NCBI GenBank assembly: GCA_949289845.1
Contig: CASEPN010000001.1
Location: 528,316 to 592,315, forward strand
Reading direction: 5' to 3'
Length of the DNA stretch: 64,000 nucleotides
Source of the DNA: an uncultured Bacillota bacterium
Lineage (GTDB): Bacteria > Bacillota_I > Bacilli_A > RFN20 > CAG-826
Shown: piece by piece, positions 9,496 through 18,612 of the stretch
Numbering within the stretch: the first letter of the stretch is position 1
Layout of the letters: each line of letters begins with the position of its first letter
Translations under genes and position numbers: made by a program
Notes under the pieces: generated by a model
Told to the model about the DNA's origin: nothing
Seen by the model: only the letters and a program-made list of their open reading frames with translations
The model's database searches: none

Positions 9496-9672
9496 TCAGT
9501 CCTTCAGTCTCTTGAAGACGAACGCGTATCTCACGTCGATAAGGATCGGGGCGAAGTTCACGAGCTCCCAGCCTTCTTCTCCCATCTTGTTGAGTTCCTG
9601 ATGCAGGAGCTCCATCGTCTTTTTGTAGGACATCTTCGCATCCACGTCGATGTACTTGTATTCCCACTTCAT
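9496..9672 (-). CDS. Small DUF4177-like protein (58 aa), absent from the six-frame track
   Basis: The product is MKWEYKYIDVDAKMSYKKTMELLHQELNKMGEEGWELVNFAPILIDVRYAFVFKRLKD. This pattern (MKYEYK...GW ELV...) matches the DUF4177 family. The gene lies directly downstream of the XRE regulator on the same strand. The overlapping track ORF 9386..9667 is in another frame and looks spurious. Confidence 0.55.
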   Translation of the reverse strand: MKWEYKYIDVDAKMSYKKTMELLHQELNKMGEEGWELVNFAPILIDVRYAFVFKRLKD

Positions 9673-9726
9673 GATGCGGTCCTGTCGCTCCGGAATTCCG
9701 GCCTTCCGATCCCCCGGGAAAAATCC

Positions 9727-10011
9727 CTACTCCGCGGGCACCTCAGGACGGAAGAGGGATTCCGCCTCCTCTAGGGAAGGATCTCCCCGGAGAAGATAGT
9801 CGAGGGTGGCCTCGAGGACGTCGGCGATCTTCACGAGATAGCCGACGTCGGGAAGCCCGTGGTCGTTCTCCCACTTGGAGACGGCCTTGTCGCTGATGAG
9901 GAGCTTCTTCGCGAGCTCCTCCTGGGTCCACCCCTTCCTGGAGCGAAGAAGGCGGATCCGGTCGCCGAAGGTCTTGCCTAGGCGAAAGTCCCTTTCACCC
10001 CTGTCGTTCAT
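9727..10011 (-). CDS. XRE-family helix-turn-helix transcriptional regulator
   Basis: The motifs LGKTFGDRIRLLRSRKGWTQEELAKKLLISDKAVSKWE and VLEATLDYLL form a canonical Cro/C1-type HTH. The ATG at 10011 (MNDRG) is preferred over the longer track ORF. Confidence 0.7.
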   Translation of the reverse strand: MNDRGERDFRLGKTFGDRIRLLRSRKGWTQEELAKKLLISDKAVSKWENDHGLPDVGYLVKIADVLEATLDYLLRGDPSLEEAESLFRPEVPAE

Positions 10012-10193
10012 GCTAATAGTGTTTTCAAAAGAGGGATTCTTGTCAACCCGATGGAGGAATCGTTCCCTTAAGGGCTTAACCATCAGTCAATGGCAGGAAA
10101 AAGGAGAGGCAGGGCCCTTGGGAAGATAACCTTGCAAAACCCTGGGAAAAGAAAGAAAAAAGGCGCGCGAGGCGCCTGGTCTAGATAAGTCCC

Positions 10194-10631
10194 CTAGTCC
10201 TCCGCGCTATAGAGGGAACCCTCGACGAAGAGGAGGATGAGAGGGATCCCGGCGGGCAGGATCGAGACGAGGAAGGCGTAGGAGCTCTGGTAGTAGTAGC
10301 AGGAGATGCCATATGCCACCGAGAGGAAGATGTAGGCGATGTAGGTCCAGAAGGCGATCTTGTCGCGGATCTCGCTCTTCCTGACGAAGAGGATCGAGAG
10401 GACGCGGAGGGCCCCCACGAGGAGCATCGCCAAGCCGAAGCCGAGGAGAAGGCCCGAGAGGGTCGAGGGCCCGCCCTCCGAGAGGAAGGAGAAGAGGTTC
10501 GTCGTGATTCCCCTGAGGTCCTCCGAGGGGGGCGGGACGAAATAAAGGGGCAGAAGCCATAGGACCGGGGGGACGATGAGGTAGAAGGCCCCGGTGAGGA
10601 GCGAGTACTGCTTCTTCGTGAGCCGTTTCAT
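10194..10631 (-). CDS. Hypothetical membrane protein (145 aa)
   Basis: The protein begins MKRLTKKQYSLLTGAFYLIVPPVLWLLPLYF and has 4 predicted TM helices. Its start overlaps the stop of the upstream dUTPase-like gene. Confidence 0.5.
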   Translation of the reverse strand: MKRLTKKQYSLLTGAFYLIVPPVLWLLPLYFVPPPSEDLRGITTNLFSFLSEGGPSTLSGLLLGFGLAMLLVGALRVLSILFVRKSEIRDKIAFWTYIAYIFLSVAYGISCYYYQSSYAFLVSILPAGIPLILLFVEGSLYSAED

Positions 10632-11137
10632 CAGTAGCCCTCCTCCTGCCTCTTGAAGTTCTCCTCGCGCTTCCTCATGTAGCTTTCCTCGGCCTCGGCG
10701 AACTCGTAGCCGAGGATCGGGAGGAGGTTCAGATAGGCGGAGAAGAGGAGCGCGTACTTCCGGGGGTCCATCTCCTCCCCCTCCTCGACGAGGTCCCCCG
10801 CGAGGGCGTAGCAAAGGAGGATCTGCTCGACGAGGCTTCTATCTTCCTCGCGGAAGGAGTGGGAGTAGCCCTCCACCCCCATCCCCGCCCCGAGGGAGAG
10901 CAGGAAGTGAAGCCCGTCGGCGTACTCCTCGAGGATCCTTTCCTTGGGAGAGGGACCCTTCAGGCTCCAGAACTTGAAGCAGCGGGTTTCGTTCGCGAAC
11001 TCGCCGAGCTCCACGAGGAAGGCGAGGAGGCGCTCCCTCATCGTCTTCTCATAGGAGGAGCCGTGGCGAAGGGCGATCTTCTCGTCGAGCTCCTTCTGGA
11101 GGGGGAAGAGATGGTCGAGCGAGAGCTGCTCCCTCAC
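10631..11137 (-). CDS. Dimeric dUTPase-like (all-alpha NTP pyrophosphohydrolase, dUTPase_2/MazG-like) protein
   Basis: The motif LDHLFPLQKELDEKIALRHG...RLLAFLVELGEFANETRCFKFWS matches the dimeric dUTPase family. The start is GTG, and it overlaps the glgP stop. Confidence 0.6.
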   Translation of the reverse strand: MREQLSLDHLFPLQKELDEKIALRHGSSYEKTMRERLLAFLVELGEFANETRCFKFWSLKGPSPKERILEEYADGLHFLLSLGAGMGVEGYSHSFREEDRSLVEQILLCYALAGDLVEEGEEMDPRKYALLFSAYLNLLPILGYEFAEAEESYMRKREENFKRQEEGY

Positions 11138-13569
11138 CTCCTGACCTCCAGGCGCTCCAGATGCCAGATGTCGCGGTTATATTCCTCGATCGTGCGGTCG
11201 CTCGAGAAGTAGCCGGACATCGCGATGTTGTGGATCATCGCCTCGCCCCAGCGCTCCTCGTCGCGGTAGAAGTCGTTGGCCCTGCGGCTCGCCTCGAGGT
11301 AGGCGCGGAAGTCCTTGAGGATGAGGTACTGGTCCCCGTGGTTCATGATCTCGTCGAAGATGAGGCGGAAGCGGTCCCCCTTCCCGAGGGCCCAGGGGCC
11401 GTTGAAGAGGGAGTCCATGACGTTCTTGATGTCGTGGTCGCCGTTATATAGGTCCCACGGGCTGTAGGACCCGTTCCCCAGGAGGGCGTTCACCTCGGGC
11501 TCGGTGAGGCCGAAGATGATCTCGTGCTCCTTCCCGGCGAGCTCGGCGATCTCGATGTTCGCCCCGTCGAGGGTGCCGATCGTGAGGGCGCCGTTCATCA
11601 TGAACTTCATGTTGCTCGTGCCCGAGGCCTCCTTCCCGGCGGTGGAGATCTGCTCGCTGAGGTCGGTCGCGGGGATGATCCTCTCCGCGAGGGAGACGCC
11701 GTAGTTCTCGACGAAGCAAACCTTCATGAGGGAGTTCACGGCCTCGTCGTTGTTGACGACGTCCTGGACGGCGAGGATGAGCTCGATGATGCGCTTGGCG
11801 TACTCGTAGCTCGGGGCCGCCTTCGCCCCGAAGACGAAGGTGTGCGGGAGCATCCCGAAGCTCTCGCCCCTCTTGAGGCGGGCGTACAGGTGCATGATGC
11901 GGAAGACATTCATCAGCTGCCTCTTGTAGGCGTGGAGGCGCTTGATCTGGGTGTCGAGGACGCTATGGGGGTCGATGTCGATCCCGTACTCCTTCTTCAC
12001 GAAGAGGGCGAAGTCCTTCTTGTTCTCGAGCTTGATGCGGAGGGCTTCCTTCCTCGTCTCCTCGTCCCCCGCGTAGTCGCGGAGCTTCCGGAGCTCCTCC
12101 GGATGCATGATCCATGAGTCGCCGATCCTCGAGGTGATGAGGTTAGAAAGGCGCGGGTTGCTATAAAGGAGCCAGCGACGGTGCGTGACCCCGTTCGTCT
12201 TGTTGTTGAACTTCTCGGGGAAGGTCTCGTAGAAGGAGTGGAAGGTGTAGTTCTCGAGGATCTGGGTGTGGAGCCTCGCCACCCCGTTCACGGAGAAGCC
12301 GGCGTAGATGGCCATGTTCGTCATGTGCACCTGGCCGTCCTTGATGATCCGCATCTGCCACTGGCGCCCGTCCTCGATGCCCTTCTCCCTCATCCAGGCG
12401 TTGAAGCGGCGGTCGATCTCCTCGACGATCATGTAGATGCGCGGGAGGAGCATCTGGAGGTAGTTCACCGGCCAGCGCTCGAGGGCCTCGGGCATGACGG
12501 TGTGGTTAGTGTAGGCGATGGACTTCCGCACCTCCTCCCAGGCCTCGTCCCAGCCCCAGCCGTACTCGTCCATGAGGAGGCGCATCATCTCGGGGATCGC
12601 GAGGATCGGGTGGGTGTCGTTCAGCTGGAAGACGTAGTGCTCGTGGAAATGCTCGAGGGTGCCGTAGCGCCTCATCTCCCCGCGCATCGCCGACTGGAGG
12701 CCGGCGGAGACGAGGAAGTACTGCTGGCGGAGCCTGAGGAGCCGCCCGTGCTCGGTGGAGTCGTCGGGATATAGGCCGAAGGTCAGCTCCTTGAGGGTCG
12801 CGAGGTACTCGTTGAAGGAGCAGTCGGTCGGGAGGTTCTCGGTGCTCGGCTCAGCCGACCAGAGGCGGAGGGTGTTCGCGACCTTGTTGCGGTAGCCGAC
12901 GACGCTGACGTCGTAGGGGACGGCGCGGATGGCCCGGGCGTTCACGAGACGGATCGCGTAGTTCCCGTCGGGCTTGAGGTAGGTCTCCGCGTTCCCGTAG
13001 AACTTCACCTCGACCGCGTGCTTGGGCTTCCGGACCTCGAAGACGAAGCCGTCGGAAAGCCACTGGTCGGGAAGCTCCACCTGGCGCCCTTCGACGAACT
13101 TCTGGCGGAAGAAGCCGTAGTCGTAGCGGATCGTGTTCCCGTGGAGGGGGTAGCCGAGGGAGGCGGCGCTATCGAGGAAGCAGGCGGCGAGGCGCCCGAG
13201 GCCCCCGTTCCCGAGCCCGGCGTCCGGCTCCTGGTCCTCGAGCTCGTTGATGTCGACCCCGAGGTCGGCGAGCCCGTCCTTGGCGACCTCGTAGACGCCG
13301 AGGTTCTGCATGTTGTTGAGGAGGAGCCTCCCGATGAGGAACTCCATCGAGAAGTAGATGCATTGCTTCCTTCCCTTCCCGAGGATGTCCTCGCGGCAGC
13401 TCCGCCAGTCCTTGCCGGCGTAGTCCCGGACCATCTCCCCGAGGACGACGTAGCGCTCGGTGATGTGGGAGTCCTGGACGCTACGCCCGTAGCGCTCCTC
13501 GAGCCTCCTGGCGAACTCCTCCTTGAAGGCGGCCTTCGTGCCGAACATGTCGATCGCGTTCTTACTCAT
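11134..13569 (-). CDS. glgP: Glycogen phosphorylase
   Basis: An 811-aa protein with the motif [32 protein letters not shown] and the pyridoxal-phosphate region ([22 protein letters not shown]). Confidence 0.9.
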   Translation of the reverse strand: [811 protein letters not shown]

Positions 13570-13607
13570 AAGAAAATCCTTCTAATCCTGGTCTCTTTCC
13601 TTCGGAA

Positions 13608-15641
13608 TCACTTCTTCGCCGGGGCCTTCTTCGCCCTGGACGGCTTCTTCGCGGGCGCCTTCTTCCTCGTGGCAGGCTTCTTCTCCTCCACGATGATTTC
13701 GATGGGCTTCTTCCTCCCGCGGAAGATGGGGTCGGGGTCCTTGGGGGTGACCACGAGCTCCTGGACGGTGCTGTTGGGGCTCCGCTTCTCCTCCTCGACC
13801 TTCCGCTTGAAGATCATCGCCGCGTAGGCGCCGAGCTTGATGGAGATGTGGTAGGGACGGCCCTCCGGGGCGCCGGGATAGCTCTCGCAGGGCAGCCCGT
13901 TATAGTTGTTCCAGCCGCCGTAGACGTCCTTGTCGCTGTTGAAGATCTCCTCGTAGGTGCCCTCGTGGAGGCAGCCGACCTCGTAGCCCTCGTAGTAGTT
14001 GGGCGTCATGTTGTAGACGAAGAGGAGGTCGCTATCGCCATACTCCCTCTCGAAGGCGAAGACGGACTGGTCGCGGTTATCGACCATCGTCCACTGGAAG
14101 CGGGCGGGGTTATATTCCTCGAAGTGCATCGCCTTCTCCGCGCGGTAGATGAGGTTGAGGTCGCGGACGAGCCTCCTCACGCTGTCGTGCTTGGGGAAGG
14201 AGAGGAGGTTCCAGGGGAGGCTCCTCTTCTCGTTCCACTCGTCGAAGGAGGCGAGCTCGTTCCCCATGAAGGAGAGCTTCTTCCCCGGGTGGCCGTACTG
14301 GTACGTATATAGGTTCCGGAGGAGAGCGAACTTCGTGTCGTAGTCGCCGTAGAGCTTGTTGATGATCGTCCCCTTCCCGTGGACGACCTCGTCGTGGGAG
14401 AGGGGGAGGAGGAAGTTCTCGCTCCAGAAGTAGGCCATCGAGAAGGTGAGCTTGTTATGCTCCCACTTCTTGTAGATGGGGTCCTTGGAGTAGTACTTGA
14501 GGGTGTCGTTCATCCAGCCGAGGTCCCACTTGTAGTCGAAGCCGAGCCCGCCGTACTCGAGGGGCTTGGTGACGCCCGGGAAGTCGGTGGAGTCCTCGGC
14601 GATCATCATGACGTCGGGGTGCTCGTAGTGGATCTTGCCGTTCAGCCTCTTGATGAACTCCGTGGCCCCGGTGTTCTCCCCGTTCATCTTGTTCCCGTCC
14701 CAGTAGACGATGTTGGAGACCGCGTCCACGCGGATCCCGTCGAAATGGAAGTAGGAGAGGAAGTAGTTCATCGCCGACATCAGGAAGCTCCGGACCGGGT
14801 CCTTCCCGAGGTCGAAGAGGCAGCTCCCCCACTGGCTGTAGGTGTGCTGGGGGTCGCCGTACTCGTATAGGTGGGTCCCGTCGAAGTCGCGGAGCGAGTA
14901 GGAGTCGGTCGCGAAGTGGACGGGCGCGAAGTCGAGGATGACGCCGATCCCGGCCTGGTGGAGGCGGTTCACGAGGCTCATCAGCTGCTTCGGGTTCCCG
15001 TAGCGGCTGTCCACGGAATAGAAGCCCGTCGCCTGGTAGCCCCAGGAGCCGTCGAAGGGGTACTGGACGATCGGCATGACCTCGACGTGGGTGTAGCCCA
15101 TCTCCTGGAGGTAGGGGATGAGGTCGTCGGCGACCTCCTCATAGGAGGGGTTCCTCCCCCACCTCTCGCCCCGCCAGGAGCCGAGGTGCATCTCGTAGAT
15201 TGCCATCGGGCGGTCGAAGTTCCGGTCGCGCTCCCTCATCCACTTCCCGTCGTCCCAGGGGAAGCCCTCGATGTCGTAGAGCTTGCTGCAGGAGCCCGGG
15301 CGCATCTCGCTATAGAAGGCGAAGGGGTCGGCCTTGTCCGCCCACTCCCCGCGGGCGTTCCGGAAGTGGAACTTGTAGGTCTGGTAGTTCATGAGCCCCG
15401 GGACGAAGGTCTCGAACACCCCGGAGTCGTCGACCTTGTTCATCGGGTTCCTCCCGGGGTCCCAGCCGTTCCACTCCCCGATGACGGCGACGTCCTGGGC
15501 AAGGGGGGCGTAGAGGCGGAACCACACGCCGGAAAGCTCCTCCCCGGTCGGGAGGACGCACTTCCCGAAATGCGCGCCGAAGTACTTGTAGGCGTCGATG
15601 CTCTGCCCCATGAGGTAGTCGTAGAGGAGTCCGTAGGCCAT
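13608..15641 (-). CDS. glgB: 1,4-alpha-glucan branching enzyme with an unusual ~65-aa Lys/Ala/Pro-rich C-terminal tail
   Basis: The GH13 catalytic region contains GYHVTDF-like, DFAPVHF and EDSTDFPGV motifs. The ATG at 15641 (MAYGLLYDYLMG) is preceded by AAGGAGAG. The track ORF carries a spurious N-terminal extension. The C-terminus ends ...KKPATRKKAPAKKPSRAKKAPAKK. Confidence 0.9.
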   Translation of the reverse strand: MAYGLLYDYLMGQSIDAYKYFGAHFGKCVLPTGEELSGVWFRLYAPLAQDVAVIGEWNGWDPGRNPMNKVDDSGVFETFVPGLMNYQTYKFHFRNARGEWADKADPFAFYSEMRPGSCSKLYDIEGFPWDDGKWMRERDRNFDRPMAIYEMHLGSWRGERWGRNPSYEEVADDLIPYLQEMGYTHVEVMPIVQYPFDGSWGYQATGFYSVDSRYGNPKQLMSLVNRLHQAGIGVILDFAPVHFATDSYSLRDFDGTHLYEYGDPQHTYSQWGSCLFDLGKDPVRSFLMSAMNYFLSYFHFDGIRVDAVSNIVYWDGNKMNGENTGATEFIKRLNGKIHYEHPDVMMIAEDSTDFPGVTKPLEYGGLGFDYKWDLGWMNDTLKYYSKDPIYKKWEHNKLTFSMAYFWSENFLLPLSHDEVVHGKGTIINKLYGDYDTKFALLRNLYTYQYGHPGKKLSFMGNELASFDEWNEKRSLPWNLLSFPKHDSVRRLVRDLNLIYRAEKAMHFEEYNPARFQWTMVDNRDQSVFAFEREYGDSDLLFVYNMTPNYYEGYEVGCLHEGTYEEIFNSDKDVYGGWNNYNGLPCESYPGAPEGRPYHISIKLGAYAAMIFKRKVEEEKRSPNSTVQELVVTPKDPDPIFRGRKKPIEIIVEEKKPATRKKAPAKKPSRAKKAPAKK

Positions 15642-15759
15642 GTCGCTCTCCTTTTTTCGGAATTTTCTTCCGAGAGTATAGACGAAGTTGAGCGCGCCCG
15701 CATGGAAAAAGGCTCTTCCGAAGCCTACAATCTCCGCGAATAGACAAGGAGAAAACGAA

Positions 15760-16965
15760 ATGGCAAAGGTCATCGCGGTGAACGCCGGGTCGAGCTCGAT
15801 CAAGTACAAGCTCTTCGAAATGCCCGAGGAGAAGGTGCTCGCCTCCGGCATCGTCGACCGCATCGGTCACGAGGACGGCATCTTCAAGTTCAAGGGCGGC
15901 AAGGAGGACCGGAAGGACGTCCTCCCGATCCCCGACCACGGGGCGGGGGTCCGCCTCATCCTCGAGGCGCTTTCGACCTCGGGGGTCGTCTCCTCGCTCG
16001 AGGAGATCGAATGCGTCGGCCACCGCGTCGTCCAGGGCGGCAAGTACTTCTCCAAGAGCGCCTTCTTCACCAAGGACACCGAGGAGAAGATCCGCGAGCT
16101 GACGCCCCTCGATCCCCTCCACGCGCCGGCGCACCTCCTCGGCTTCCATGCCTTCAAGGACGCGCTCCCCGGCGCCAAGGCCATCGCCGTCTTCGACACC
16201 GCCTTCCACCAGACGATGGAGGAGGAGGACTACCTCTTCCCCATCCCCGACGAGTGGACGGAGAAGTACGACTGCAGGCGCTACGGGGCGCACGGGACCT
16301 CGCACCAGTACCTCGCCGAGAAGGCGATCAGGGACTATCTCCCCGGCCTTGCCCACACCAGGGTCATCACCTGCCACATCGGCTCCGGGGCGAGCCTTGC
16401 CGCGGTGAGGGACGGGAAGTGCGTCGCCACCTCGATGGGCCTCACCCCCCTCGGGGGCGTGATGATGGGCACCAGGAGCGGCGACATCGACCCCTCCGTC
16501 CTCGACTACGTCAGCACCTGCACCGGGAAGGACGTCCACGAGATCTACGAAATCCTCAACAGGAAGTCCGGGCTCCTCGGCGTCTCCGCGGGGCTCTCCA
16601 ACGACACCAGGGACATCGAGGAAGCCGTCCAGGAAGGGAACCCCAAGGCCATCCGCGCGGCAAACCTCTTCGCCCGCCGGGTCGCCGACTACATCGGCCA
16701 GTACTTCGTGCGACTCGGGGGCGCCGACATCATCGTCTTCAGCGCCGGGATCGGCGAGAACAGCGACTACTTCCGCCGCATCATCCTCGAACGGGTCGAG
16801 GAGGCCCTCGGGCTCGACATCGACTACGGGAAGAACGTCTCCGAGAACCGGAAGGAGGCGCTCCTCTCCCGCCCGGGAAGCAGGATCAAGGTCGCGATCA
16901 TCCCCACCGACGAGGAGGTCATGATCGCCAGGGACTGCCTGAAGGCCCTGGAGGGAACCCTTTGA
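15760..16965 (+). CDS. ackA: Acetate kinase
   Basis: The protein begins MAKVIAVNAGSSSIKYKLFEM and carries the AHGTSHQY motif. The ATG at 15760 is preceded by AAGGAGAAAA. The track ORF 15688.. is extended upstream. Confidence 0.9.
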   Translation: MAKVIAVNAGSSSIKYKLFEMPEEKVLASGIVDRIGHEDGIFKFKGGKEDRKDVLPIPDHGAGVRLILEALSTSGVVSSLEEIECVGHRVVQGGKYFSKSAFFTKDTEEKIRELTPLDPLHAPAHLLGFHAFKDALPGAKAIAVFDTAFHQTMEEEDYLFPIPDEWTEKYDCRRYGAHGTSHQYLAEKAIRDYLPGLAHTRVITCHIGSGASLAAVRDGKCVATSMGLTPLGGVMMGTRSGDIDPSVLDYVSTCTGKDVHEIYEILNRKSGLLGVSAGLSNDTRDIEEAVQEGNPKAIRAANLFARRVADYIGQYFVRLGGADIIVFSAGIGENSDYFRRIILERVEEALGLDIDYGKNVSENRKEALLSRPGSRIKVAIIPTDEEVMIARDCLKALEGTL

Positions 16966-17957
16966 TGGAAGAGGCGCTCAAGGACTACCTGCGGGCCCAT
17001 AAAAAGGAGTTCCGCGCCCTCAGGGAGGCGGTCAGGAAATACGACCGCATCTGCATCTTCCGCCACATCAAGCCGGACTTCGACGCCCTGGGGTGCCAGT
17101 TCGGGCTCTATTATTTCCTTCGCGAGAACTTCCCGGGGAAGGAGGTCCACCAGGTCGGGGACACCCACCCCACCTTCGTCCCCCGCCTCTTCCCCGCGCC
17201 GGAGAAGATCCCGAACTCCTGGTTCGACTCCCCCTTCCTCGCGATCGTCCTCGACGTCGGGGACAAGGAAAGGATCGCCGACCCGCGCTTCGAGAAGGCG
17301 GCGATGGTCGTCAAGATCGACCACCACCCCTTCCGGAAACCCGACGTGAGCCAGCGCTCGCTCCTCGACGAGAAGAGCGCCTCCTGCGGCGAGCTCGTGA
17401 CCGCCTTCCTCGCCTCCTTCGGGAAAAAGAGGAAGGTCGGCGTGGAAGCCGCCAAGGCCCTCTACGTCGCGATCGTCGGGGACTCGGGACGCTTCCTCTA
17501 CGGGGCGACCTCGCCCCTGACCTTCGCCGCGGCCTCCTGGCTCATCGGCAAGGGCATCGACATCCGGGGGATATACCGTTCGATGTACGAGAAGAAGATC
17601 GAGGACCTCGAGTTCCAGAAGTACGTGCTGGACCACTACAGGATCACACCCAATGGCGTCGCCTACTACCTCCTCCCCGAGGAGGGGCTCAAGGAGCTGG
17701 GGCTCACCTCCGAGCGGGGCAAGGAGCACGTGAACATGTTCAGCAACATCGAGGGCATCAACGCCTGGTGCTCCATCACCGAGGACAACGACCCGAAGGA
17801 GCCCTGCTGGCGGATCTCGATCAGGAGCAAGGCGAAGGACATCTCCGGCGTCGCCCAGAAGTGGGGCGGGGGCGGCCATCCCCAGGCCTCCGGGGCGAAG
17901 TTCAAGGATCTCTCGGAGCTCGAGGCCTTCCTCAGCGACCTGGACGCGTTGTTCTAA
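16965..17957 (+). CDS. nrnA: DHH/DHHA1-family phosphoesterase (NrnA-like oligoribonuclease / pAp phosphatase)
   Basis: The motifs ICIFRHIKPDFDALG (DHH motif I), KIDHHP and GGGGHPQASGA (DHHA1) are present. The ATG overlaps the ackA stop (TGATG). Track ORF 16011..17957 is a wrong-frame read-through chimera. Confidence 0.8.
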   Translation: MEEALKDYLRAHKKEFRALREAVRKYDRICIFRHIKPDFDALGCQFGLYYFLRENFPGKEVHQVGDTHPTFVPRLFPAPEKIPNSWFDSPFLAIVLDVGDKERIADPRFEKAAMVVKIDHHPFRKPDVSQRSLLDEKSASCGELVTAFLASFGKKRKVGVEAAKALYVAIVGDSGRFLYGATSPLTFAAASWLIGKGIDIRGIYRSMYEKKIEDLEFQKYVLDHYRITPNGVAYYLLPEEGLKELGLTSERGKEHVNMFSNIEGINAWCSITEDNDPKEPCWRISIRSKAKDISGVAQKWGGGGHPQASGAKFKDLSELEAFLSDLDALF

Positions 17958-18003
17958 GACGAATATCCACGGAAAGGACGGCGATCTGCCGTCTTTTTCG
18001 GAT

Positions 18004-18612
18004 CTAGTCGGGAAGAATTTCGATTTCGTCCTCTCCTACCCAGCGGAAGTCGATGAGAACGGAGGATTCCTGGCAGAAGTAGCTTTTGGTCGGCTCTTCA
18101 TACGCCGATGGGGAAATATAGGCGAGTATCAGGCAAAGCGAGTTCTTCTCCTCCTTCCCTTCGTCCAGGAGAAAGCGCGGGATGAGGAGATCCTCCTCGT
18201 ACTCGTATACCCATGGAACCATAAAGGTGCCGTCCACTTTGCGCTCCGGTATATAGAATTCCTCGCTCGTCCAGTAGCGGAGCCACACTCCCCCGCCTCG
18301 TATCTCAGGGAAGCCGCCGATTGGTTCCCTGCCGGTGAGGTTGACTGGCTCCGAGGCCCCGGTGTAGCGCCCGAGGTAGCCCACCAGGGCGTACCCGCCC
18401 GTGGAAGGCTCCGACGCATCTTTCTCTACCCCAGTAAGAAGCCGGATGGAGAAGCCGCTCTCAACATCTGCGACAAGGGATTCGCCGTATACCATGAAGC
18501 CTACGTCGACGCCTGTGTCCCGCTCGCTCCAGGCGCCCCGGCTGTACGAGCACCAAGAAAGGAGAATGGAAAATAGAGGGAGAAACGCGGCTGCCCTACG
18601 AGATGACGACAT
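18004..18612 (-). CDS. Small secreted protein, paralog A of a two-member family flanking the metallopeptidase gene
   Basis: It has a signal peptide (MSSSRRAAAFLPLFSILLSWCS) and a conserved core (NLTGREPIGGF...GGVWLRYWTSEEFYIPER...LIPRFL). Its ATG lies 17 nt inside the 3' end of the upstream protease gene. Confidence 0.6.
   Translation of the reverse strand: MSSSRRAAAFLPLFSILLSWCSYSRGAWSERDTGVDVGFMVYGESLVADVESGFSIRLLTGVEKDASEPSTGGYALVGYLGRYTGASEPVNLTGREPIGGFPEIRGGGVWLRYWTSEEFYIPERKVDGTFMVPWVYEYEEDLLIPRFLLDEGKEEKNSLCLILAYISPSAYEEPTKSYFCQESSVLIDFRWVGEDEIEILPD

Noticed and set aside
16011-17957. 648-aa ORF spanning ackA and the DHH gene
   Set aside because: It is a wrong-frame read-through. The real genes are ackA (15760..16965) and the DHH phosphoesterase (16965..17957). 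The same applies to 32736..34220 versus glk, and to 54071..55033 opposite rpsD.
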